Assembly (NCBI GenBank): GCA_964490105.1
Contig: CAZAZU010000001.1
Location: 498,361 to 562,360 of the forward strand
Direction of reading: 5' to 3'
Length of the DNA stretch: 64,000 nucleotides
From: an uncultured Gammaproteobacteria bacterium
GTDB taxonomy: Bacteria; Patescibacteriota; Microgenomatia; Levybacterales; UBA12049
Positions 57,801 to 64,000 of this stretch are shown here, in pieces (the first letter of the stretch is position 1; every line of letters begins with the position of its first letter). Below the pieces are notes generated by a model. It searched no databases and had not been told where the DNA came from. It worked only from the letters and a program-made list of their open reading frames with translations. A program made the translations under genes and the position numbers.

Positions 57801-59710
57801 AAGCATTAATTAGCAGAATTGCTGAAATAGACGTTAGAAGAAAATTAGGAATTAGCGAGCAAACAGATCATGTAATGTACTCTTCAGAAAAAGTAATCCA
57901 GCAGGAAAAACTTGCACTTGAAGAACTAAGACTAAAAGCCATTGAAGCTGTCAGGTTTTCAGGTATAAGTCATGAAGACTATCAAAGAATCTTAGGTGAA
58001 AAAACAAGAAAATGGGAAAACTTTTTAGCTCGAACTAGTAAGGCACAGGATAAAAAGTTTGATAAATATAGAACTCGTGAAAGCAGAAAAGCATTCGTGG
58101 AAGGAGCTGTTAAGGGAGCAGTTGGAGCAGGTGTAATAGCAGCCGGAACTACTGGAATCAGAATGGCATCTGATGCACTGGGAATCGATGTAGTTGGAGG
58201 AGTAAGAAATATAATTGATGAAAGAATTAGATATATAAGAGGAGAGATAAATGAACTTTCAAGCAAACCACAAGGAGTTCCAAACGAACAACCAGTTAAA
58301 TTAGCAATGGATGGCCACTATTCCAACGGACATCAAGTTTTTGACTCAATGCTAAATATTGATTCAGCAACTGCGACTGATACTGAAGTTGCGGTTTTCG
58401 CACAAGAAGCTCCATTAAATTTTTATGATACAAAATTAGATGGCAAAACAATTAGTATTCCAGAACACACTAGATTAGTCATGGACAGAATTAACGGTGG
58501 GTATGATTTAGTTTCAAGTCGTGATGGCACAACAGTTCTACTTGATGACGTCCGTTGGGAAGAAGGAAAACTAGTTGCTAATCCAAATAGTCTTTGGGCC
58601 GATAAAATCACAGCTGAAACCTCTACAACGCCTGATATGAGAAGAGTTTTGGGAAAAAATGGAGTTTGGAAAGAAATGGCCACGCCGATTAAAGATATTG
58701 ATTGGGATCCGAATGGAACTCCTGGAAAATATGATAAAGATGAATTAGGAATATTTAACAAACGCGATGGAGACGCAGTGGTATTTAGAATTCCTAGTTC
58801 CTCAAATGGATTTTTCTTAAATATAAACGGCGATAGAGTTTGGCTACCAGAAACTAGAGATGGAATCGTAAGGCTTGATCCTGATTCTAAAAAACTCATC
58901 CCTGGAAGACATGACGGAATGACTTATGGAGATGTTGCAAGAATAGCAATTGATCAGGAGGAGCTTAGAAAATATCACGGAAGTCTTCAAACTGAAGTTC
59001 ATACCGAGAGAAGAGAAATATTTAGAGTTGACGCTATCGAAGCGGGAACATTTAGAAATGGTAGAGCTACAATCCATGCAACCATTTTAGGATGTGGTGA
59101 AACTCCAAAAGAAATTAAAATGGGAACAGTTACAAATAGTGTTACTAAAATATTAGCAGGTGAACTTCCCGAACCAGTAGAACCAATTGATCCAACTCCT
59201 GGGCCTACTCAAACATCAAACCCAACAACTACTCCGACTGCTTCACCAGAACCGACAAAATCACCCTGGATAACGCCAAGAACTACTCCGGAGCCAACTC
59301 CTGACCCAACACCAAGGCCTGCTCCTACACCTGAACCAGCTATTCCTACTGGAAGCGGGTTTACATTTGAATGGCCAGACCTAAGTAATATCAACATCCC
59401 GCCAACCATAGCAACTCCAATGGCTAGAAGATATCCATTAGAAAGTGTTTATGCAGCTACAACAAGACCAACTCCAATTTATCCTGCTGTTTTACCGCCT
59501 ACTACTCCGCCATTAGCGTCGACTCCACATGCTAGCCCGAGATTTATGGCTAGAAGATATGGCGATCAGATGAGTCGCGGACTAACAGATGAGGAAAAAG
59601 GGAAAATTGCACTTTATGCTAATGAGGGGAATTCAGATCAAGAAATTGCGAATAAGCTTAATATTCCGCTAAGTCAAGTTCGGCATGTTAGATACGGAAG
59701 AAATAATTAA
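54842..59710 (+). CDS. giant (1622 aa) GC-rich protein with internal repeats, Gly-rich TM segments, Pro/Thr linker and C-terminal LuxR/GerE-type HTH
   Basis: The ORF is continuous with about 45-50 percent GC. Evidence from the sequence:
- Repeats 'DFTPPSYTSVDWSKT...' and 'DYTPPPPYVSIDWSQT...'.
- Gly-rich hydrophobic 'LANPLVLGGGASIGTSLAWGAAGWGA' and 'GAVKGAVGAGVIAAGTTG'.
- Linker 'PTPGPTQTSNPTTTPTASPEPTKSP...'.
- C-terminal 'LTDEEKGKIALYANEGNSDQEIANKLNIPLSQVRHV'.
- TTGCTA-17nt-TATAAT sits 11 nt upstream of the ATG. Confidence 0.6.
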   Translation: MAAQRIESTGSHPEADNLPNNGSHLQIDRGLTQLELGLSTAPVLGENGTPGAEDERINSGKREEVLQAFARQFEAFREAPDTVLEDWEAAERGEMAEILDTGKVDFANGVDSFRENGRTRRLPIQAFMNFVAVKADEDEQVENDRRILEKYSRSPISTIRGDGQISRQTHRQLADEAAQATQDRRSAVRRAQTGVRWFYPPKNADINNTTPEASQPQDLSGAMQIFEEALRRYRHANSPIDKKTAKRELDLITRQMGDLTGDTAAVKEFLEARREEARKSGKADRGTASKLEIRASKLRIERAADRLYELEDLRSNEPIILGNSPSSDISDRGSDLPSETAEEIITTPWLTSMIETQVRQDDAPWGKPKLPGNVTVTTENALEKIKTPLRLSGGLNPGEKKGYSQPQASQIIRKAGEELYRSYKKTWDEVSKLRADSDSKVTSKSDPITSSAHDFTPPSYTSVDWSKTDNAREVWEAQFREAVKAEEKLPALPIPISAADQLQADEDAERARKTAEDDKRRAARTAIDDARRLGQPIPEVDEKGFLVDPTLKPDEDLFPEHDYTPPPPYVSIDWSQTEKERQNWEFKFQLLNDIASWDQGDIGSEDSGIPPVETVPPVAEKENVKFNIIFTSLDPAYDQEAEKWAEQKLQQELTPTKGRLGKIRSIRRVAATRITEEGKRLKYTKAYKETLVKAGNPYAQIDIKTGEVTDADQDRDKFDASVQATLRGLDINPEQFVARKATIDEKLQEKISFELYGYAAGKLSPAEIEERFARFTKANSVDLRKYFGKDLDSSDFMAGFNSNLIQKLGEIREAIDHGVITLDQVDFNVGFAIPRWGTETQAELTRRDKLIKGAQKRRKTGVLANPLVLGGGASIGTSLAWGAAGWGARSVAPVVGILPGALIGGWNAKARRSYDLKRDRATFEKDQASGVKVTSDQPRRLALDSFSRRKTSTRQLNYGVSNLISRDLSNNPFLSDKRKEQNEKALQALISRIAEIDVRRKLGISEQTDHVMYSSEKVIQQEKLALEELRLKAIEAVRFSGISHEDYQRILGEKTRKWENFLARTSKAQDKKFDKYRTRESRKAFVEGAVKGAVGAGVIAAGTTGIRMASDALGIDVVGGVRNIIDERIRYIRGEINELSSKPQGVPNEQPVKLAMDGHYSNGHQVFDSMLNIDSATATDTEVAVFAQEAPLNFYDTKLDGKTISIPEHTRLVMDRINGGYDLVSSRDGTTVLLDDVRWEEGKLVANPNSLWADKITAETSTTPDMRRVLGKNGVWKEMATPIKDIDWDPNGTPGKYDKDELGIFNKRDGDAVVFRIPSSSNGFFLNINGDRVWLPETRDGIVRLDPDSKKLIPGRHDGMTYGDVARIAIDQEELRKYHGSLQTEVHTERREIFRVDAIEAGTFRNGRATIHATILGCGETPKEIKMGTVTNSVTKILAGELPEPVEPIDPTPGPTQTSNPTTTPTASPEPTKSPWITPRTTPEPTPDPTPRPAPTPEPAIPTGSGFTFEWPDLSNINIPPTIATPMARRYPLESVYAATTRPTPIYPAVLPPTTPPLASTPHASPRFMARRYGDQMSRGLTDEEKGKIALYANEGNSDQEIANKLNIPLSQVRHVRYGRNN

Positions 59711-60378
59711 TTATCTTTAATATTTACTTTTGATAATAAAATAATTATCAAATCAATTGCGATTGGAAAAAATAATACCCATATCCCCTTTTTTACTATT
59801 TCCGCAAACTCTTGGGAGTTAAAAAATAAAATAATCGAATCAGGAATCCTCACACCCAAAAAATAACAAACTACAATAACAGTTGCAATTACTGTTAAAA
59901 GAAAAGCTGATCCTTCTAAATCTTTAGAGCTGGAAAACATAGTATTTCCGATTTGAAATACTGCGAAGAATACGAGCACATAATTCCATGGAAAGCCTAT
60001 CATTGATCTGTCTGACAAAAAGTAAAACACAAAAAAAGATATTATTAAAATCCCTACGAAAACCGGTGCGAAGCCAATGATAGCCCGCCTGATAGGATCA
60101 GTTTCTTGAATAGCAACACTTCCCATGATTATCCTATCCCCATCTGGCTCTGGTGTAAAATTTAATCCACTCGTTCTAACCAGCATAGCTTCAGCTACTA
60201 ATAGGTGTGCTAATTCATGAACTATGACTCCGGGAAGAAGAAATAAATGAAAAAGTCTGATTGCTAAACTCTCTCTCCTTGTAACTTTTAAAAATAAGAA
60301 AGAAATTGATCTTATTAACAATTTAGAAAGAAAAAAAAGAAAGATGAATTCTAAAATAAAAATTAAGACGTAAACCAC
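59707..60378 (-). CDS. polytopic membrane protein with HExxH motif (putative intramembrane zinc metalloprotease)
   Basis: 'LLPGVIVHELAHLLVAEAM' sits within a TM region. 223 aa with about 6 TM segments. Confidence 0.4.
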   Translation of the reverse strand: MVYVLIFILEFIFLFFLSKLLIRSISFLFLKVTRRESLAIRLFHLFLLPGVIVHELAHLLVAEAMLVRTSGLNFTPEPDGDRIIMGSVAIQETDPIRRAIIGFAPVFVGILIISFFVFYFLSDRSMIGFPWNYVLVFFAVFQIGNTMFSSSKDLEGSAFLLTVIATVIVVCYFLGVRIPDSIILFFNSQEFAEIVKKGIWVLFFPIAIDLIIILLSKVNIKDN

Positions 60379-60382
60379 ATAT

Positions 60383-61570
60383 TTATCTTAACGTATTTTT
60401 CGAATCTGTGTCAGGAATTTTAAAGTATACCCAAAGAGCAATTGGCATGACAATCAAAATTACCTTGGGATGATATTCATAAACTGGAGAAATTAAAAGA
60501 CTTACAAAAGTAAAAAGGTAAAGATATTCTTGTTTTCCCTTTTCTTTGGCATATAAAAAAATAGAAAGAATTATTGGAATATAAACAGGAAATGTATATC
60601 TAAAAACAGAAACAAAAATATGAAAATAATGATCGCTTGGTAAGAATAAAAAGATAACAAAATTAGATAATCCTATTAATATAAATTTTGTAATTTTACT
60701 AAATTTTCTTTTTTTATAACTTTTGAATAGAATAAAGAATGAAATAAAAATTGAAAAAAACCATATAGAATACTCACCAAATCCAGCGTTAATAAAATTA
60801 ATCGCTCCGCTAAATGAAATAAAGGAAACTTCCCATACCTGAGTGCTTAGTATTTCAAAACCTGATTTTGGAAAAAATAAAAATGACTGCGGATAAAATG
60901 GATTTCCCGTATGGAATAAATTTCGCAAATACCAAAAAAGACCAAATATTAAAAAAGGTAAAAAGAAAAAAGGGAATAATTTAAGATTAAAATTTTTTAA
61001 TATTTTTTTTAAGTAAAAGATTATTAGAATAAAAAAATAAAGCGGGCCGCTGAATTTACTCCCAATCAGCATTCCAGCTGAGGTGCCAATCGCTAAATAA
61101 CGGCTATTTTTCTTTTTCATCCCCTCTAGCAGAAGGAGTGTGAGAGTGAAAAAAACCGCAAGCCAGATATCGATTATCTGCATATTAATCCACCTGAGCA
61201 TAATAGGAAGAGAAGAAATAGCTACGCCAAATACAATCGACAAATTATTCCCCAAGCCTGTTCTTTTACCTAACAAATAACAAATTACAAACAAAAAGAT
61301 AACTCCAATTACATTAAGTAACTGGATTGGAATTTTAAATAAAAGAAGTACCGCGATTAACCCCTCCGAAGCACCTGGAGAATATTTCATAAAAGAAATC
61401 CCATCTATTTTTTCAGGATTAAAAATATTTCCATTTAGAAAAGATTTGGCTATGGGAATATGATAATTAAGACTATCTCCATCAGGTGTAATATTTGTAA
61501 AAGCTAAAAAGGTAAAATAGGTGATTAAATATATGAAGAAAATAAAAATTATTTTTGTGAATTTTTTCAT
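60383..61570 (-). CDS. polytopic membrane protein (about 11 TM), possible GT-C-like glycosyltransferase or polymerase/ligase
   Basis: Very hydrophobic 395-aa ORF next to a GT2 gene. No diagnostic motif. Confidence 0.35.
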   Translation of the reverse strand: MKKFTKIIFIFFIYLITYFTFLAFTNITPDGDSLNYHIPIAKSFLNGNIFNPEKIDGISFMKYSPGASEGLIAVLLLFKIPIQLLNVIGVIFLFVICYLLGKRTGLGNNLSIVFGVAISSLPIMLRWINMQIIDIWLAVFFTLTLLLLEGMKKKNSRYLAIGTSAGMLIGSKFSGPLYFFILIIFYLKKILKNFNLKLFPFFFLPFLIFGLFWYLRNLFHTGNPFYPQSFLFFPKSGFEILSTQVWEVSFISFSGAINFINAGFGEYSIWFFSIFISFFILFKSYKKRKFSKITKFILIGLSNFVIFLFLPSDHYFHIFVSVFRYTFPVYIPIILSIFLYAKEKGKQEYLYLFTFVSLLISPVYEYHPKVILIVMPIALWVYFKIPDTDSKNTLR

Positions 61571-61619
61571 ACATTAAATACGTTCATTGTGGCAATGTTA
61601 ATCAAAACTTAAAGTTATC

Positions 61620-62330
61620 TTAAACATTTTTTATCCTGTAAGTAAATATTATTATTAACATTTTTATTCCTACTATTACCGATCGCATCATGGAACCTGT
61701 AATCTTTGACTTACCGACTCTCTGTCTATAATTAACTGGAGCTTCAATTACCGACAAGCCATTAAGTAATGACAGGACTGTAAATTCTGACAAGAAATAT
61801 GAACCGCCGACGCTGAATTTTGAATTAATTAATTTTAATGATTTTCTATTAATCACTCTAAACGTACATCCACAGTCTGATAACGAGGTTTTAGGTGAAT
61901 AAAGAATTTGCATAATCTTAGCTAAGATTAAATTACCAAATCTTAACGCACCCTTCATATTTGCTTTTTTACCGATATATTTCATATTAGTTCTGGAACC
62001 CATAACCAGATCATATTTATCGGTGTGTTTTAAAAGCTTTAGTAAATCTTTTGCTAAAAAGGTTCCGTCCGGTTCACAAAGAACTATCAAATCCCCTTTC
62101 GCCTCTTTTAAACCTCTTCTTAATGCATAACCATAACCTTGTTTTGTCTCTTTTATAACTTTTGCCCTTTTTAACTTAGCAATCTTACTTGTTTTATCTT
62201 TAGAATTATTATCAATTACTAAAATTTCATCGATAATTTTTAATTTTTTAAAATCTAGAATTGCATTTGCGATATTTTCTTCTTCATTATATGCAGGAAA
62301 AACTACTGAAATTATTTTATTTTTATACAT
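61620..62330 (-). CDS. GT2 polyprenol-phosphate sugar synthase-like glycosyltransferase
   Basis: 'SVVFPAYNEEENI', 'LVIDNNSKDKT' and 'LCEPDGTF' (DxD-like). 236 aa. Confidence 0.8.
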   Translation of the reverse strand: MYKNKIISVVFPAYNEEENIANAILDFKKLKIIDEILVIDNNSKDKTSKIAKLKRAKVIKETKQGYGYALRRGLKEAKGDLIVLCEPDGTFLAKDLLKLLKHTDKYDLVMGSRTNMKYIGKKANMKGALRFGNLILAKIMQILYSPKTSLSDCGCTFRVINRKSLKLINSKFSVGGSYFLSEFTVLSLLNGLSVIEAPVNYRQRVGKSKITGSMMRSVIVGIKMLIIIFTYRIKNV

Positions 62331-62333
62331 TCT

Positions 62334-63791
62334 TTACCAAACAGCCACAAGAACTGATTGAAAAATCAGAACTTGAACAGCTTGCAGCAAGAGGAGCAGG
62401 GTAAATTGCCGATTGGTAAATTTTAGTTTAAATGTTACAAAGTTTGCAACAACAATTACTAAGAGTGGTGCAAATGGCAGCCAAATTCGACCTGTTTCAG
62501 CTCTCACAGTACCGCTAAAATTAACTACAATTAGCATAATGATAAAAGATAAGAAAACTGAGTCAATTTTCCTTAAGCTTTTTGTTTTTTTAAAAGTTTT
62601 TAAAGACTCAAATATAAGATAACCAAACATTATTCCTATTGGAATTCCAGTTAAAAGAATAAAGTCAAACAAATTATAAAAATACCAAGTTAGATGTTCT
62701 CTACCTGCTTGCGCCGCTTCATGGTAAATCATAATTGTTTTTACTGTTTCAATAAAATTAAAACCCACGAAGAATAAAAGAAAGGGGATTAATATAAAAC
62801 CAGATAAAAACGAAATAAAATTTTCTATAACTTTTTTTAAATCTTTTCTATTTTGAATAAATTTGAGAAAAAACAGCATAAAAAAGAAAAATAAAAATGG
62901 AATAAAGGTTAAAGTAAAATATGCACCAAGAAATAAAATTAAACCAGAAAAAAAGAAATATAAATAATCATTTGTTTGATTTCCCTTCAAAAATAAATAC
63001 AAAGATATACATGTAAATAAAGGCATAAAAACATCAATAAGAGGCGTAAATAAAAGAAAGCTAGGAACGAAAATAAATAACACGCTACTTCTAATTGCAG
63101 CTTTTTCTCCGTAAAGAATTTTTGATGATAAATATATCGGAATTATTGAAAGACTTGCTATAAAAGCTATGACAAATCCAGATACCAGAGCATTAAATTT
63201 TTGATACATTTCTAAACCATTCCACAGAAGAGCAACATCAGTATGAGTGGGATTAACGGACAAAATATTAGCGAATAAATGAGAAAAGGGTTTTAGGATA
63301 AATTCTAATAAATAATAAACTAAAACTCCGCCGGGTGGATGAAATCTTGCATACATCGGATAATCATAAAGACTTTGATTATAATTTCTTAGAAAACTAC
63401 CTAAATCAAAAATCTGATTAGATACCGAAAAATATCCACTTATCATGGGATTTATGGTTCTGTGAACCAATACCTCAACACCTGATCTACTGTAATAAAG
63501 AAGGCTTATTTGAAGCAAGAAAGAAAGAATTACAAACACTAATATAGTTTTGTAATTATTAGATTTTCTAGTTTTATTTTCCTTTTTTCTGAATATTAAG
63601 ATAATTAATGTAATTACTCCTAGAGGAGCCCAAACTCGAGAAAGAGTATTTGCGGGCTCATAAGGCCATCTCCAGTCAGGTGGATAAGGAGCAGGTCCTC
63701 TTAAGTAAGGTGAAAAATCAAATGCAATTAAAGCAAAAAAAATAATTGAAATTAATGAAGTAATTATTAAGAATGAAGGCCTCTTAAACAC
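62334..63791 (-). CDS. polytopic membrane protein (about 12 TM), GT-C fold-like, paired with upstream GT2
   Basis: 485 aa with N-terminal 'PYLRGPAPYPPDWRWPYEP' after TM1. The arrangement mirrors the GT2 + ArnT-like pair at 21.7-24.4 kb. Confidence 0.4.
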   Translation of the reverse strand: MFKRPSFLIITSLISIIFFALIAFDFSPYLRGPAPYPPDWRWPYEPANTLSRVWAPLGVITLIILIFRKKENKTRKSNNYKTILVFVILSFLLQISLLYYSRSGVEVLVHRTINPMISGYFSVSNQIFDLGSFLRNYNQSLYDYPMYARFHPPGGVLVYYLLEFILKPFSHLFANILSVNPTHTDVALLWNGLEMYQKFNALVSGFVIAFIASLSIIPIYLSSKILYGEKAAIRSSVLFIFVPSFLLFTPLIDVFMPLFTCISLYLFLKGNQTNDYLYFFFSGLILFLGAYFTLTFIPFLFFFFMLFFLKFIQNRKDLKKVIENFISFLSGFILIPFLLFFVGFNFIETVKTIMIYHEAAQAGREHLTWYFYNLFDFILLTGIPIGIMFGYLIFESLKTFKKTKSLRKIDSVFLSFIIMLIVVNFSGTVRAETGRIWLPFAPLLVIVVANFVTFKLKFTNRQFTLLLLLQAVQVLIFQSVLVAVW

Positions 63792-64000
63792 AGATACTTT
63801 ATGATATCAAATTTCAGAAATATTTAACGAAGAATTTATTTCTTTTTATTTATGAGGAATAAAAGCGATATTAGAAGAGCAAATCCGCTAACTGACAAGA
63901 GCATGAATAAATTAAAATTTCCAGAATTAAATATAGCATCTCTATATTCTTTAAAAAGTAAAAGAAGTGAAAAAGCTAAAACCAAAACTAAAAATGAAAC

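Noticed and set aside
59209-59409. Minus-strand ORF with GSGVG repeats.
   Set aside because: It is the antisense reading of the Pro/Thr-rich linker of the giant gene (codon-complement artefact).

Overview
The window is a compact, low-GC genome segment (roughly one-third GC by eye) with mostly minus-strand genes, short intergenic gaps and frequent 4-bp gene overlaps. By inference from gene content only, it looks like a streamlined Patescibacteria/CPR-like bacterium.

Housekeeping content:
- a 5'-truncated ECF sigma factor and a tRNA-Gln(CUG)
- gltX, aspS (short form), recJ, cca
- an ABC-2 exporter pair, secD/secF, argG/argH
- tsaE-tsaC-truncated tsaB
- ftsE/ftsX plus a coiled-coil M23 peptidase
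- prfB with no programmed frameshift
- a PfkB kinase, class I aldolase, rpiB, gap and tkt
- uppP and a stand-alone MGMT

Accessory content:
- Glycan island 1 (21.7-31.7 kb) combines an ArnT/GT39-like GT-C enzyme, a GT2-GtrA enzyme, UXS, Gmd, an Rmd-like reductase, Ugd, RmlD, Nudix, RmlB and RmlA.
- Glycan island 2 (47.5-54.6 kb) combines a PIG-L deacetylase, a WbqC-like protein, a GH18 protein, a DegT aminotransferase, a processive QxxRW GT2, a second UXS paralog and a UDP-sugar 6-dehydrogenase.
- A third GT2 + polytopic membrane pair sits at the right edge.

Items worth follow-up:
1. A T-box-like antiterminator/terminator leader lies directly upstream of argH-argG.
2. A perfect consensus sigma70 promoter with an attenuator-like leader precedes the dehydrogenase-UXS operon.
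3. Two GC-anomalous (about 45-50 percent GC) plus-strand genes have leaderless-type promoters. One is a 541-aa protein with a C-terminal RelA/SpoT-like nucleotidyltransferase core. The other is a 1622-aa giant protein with internal repeats, Gly-rich TM segments, a Pro/Thr linker and a C-terminal LuxR-type HTH.
4. An 83-87 bp MITE-like element occurs in three copies, and its ends supply start or stop codons of flanking genes.
5. Tandem ATATCGAT palindromes occur at two loci.
6. The M23 peptidase beside ftsEX has its catalytic motifs in circularly permuted order.

No rRNA, CRISPR array, transposase or obvious prophage was seen.
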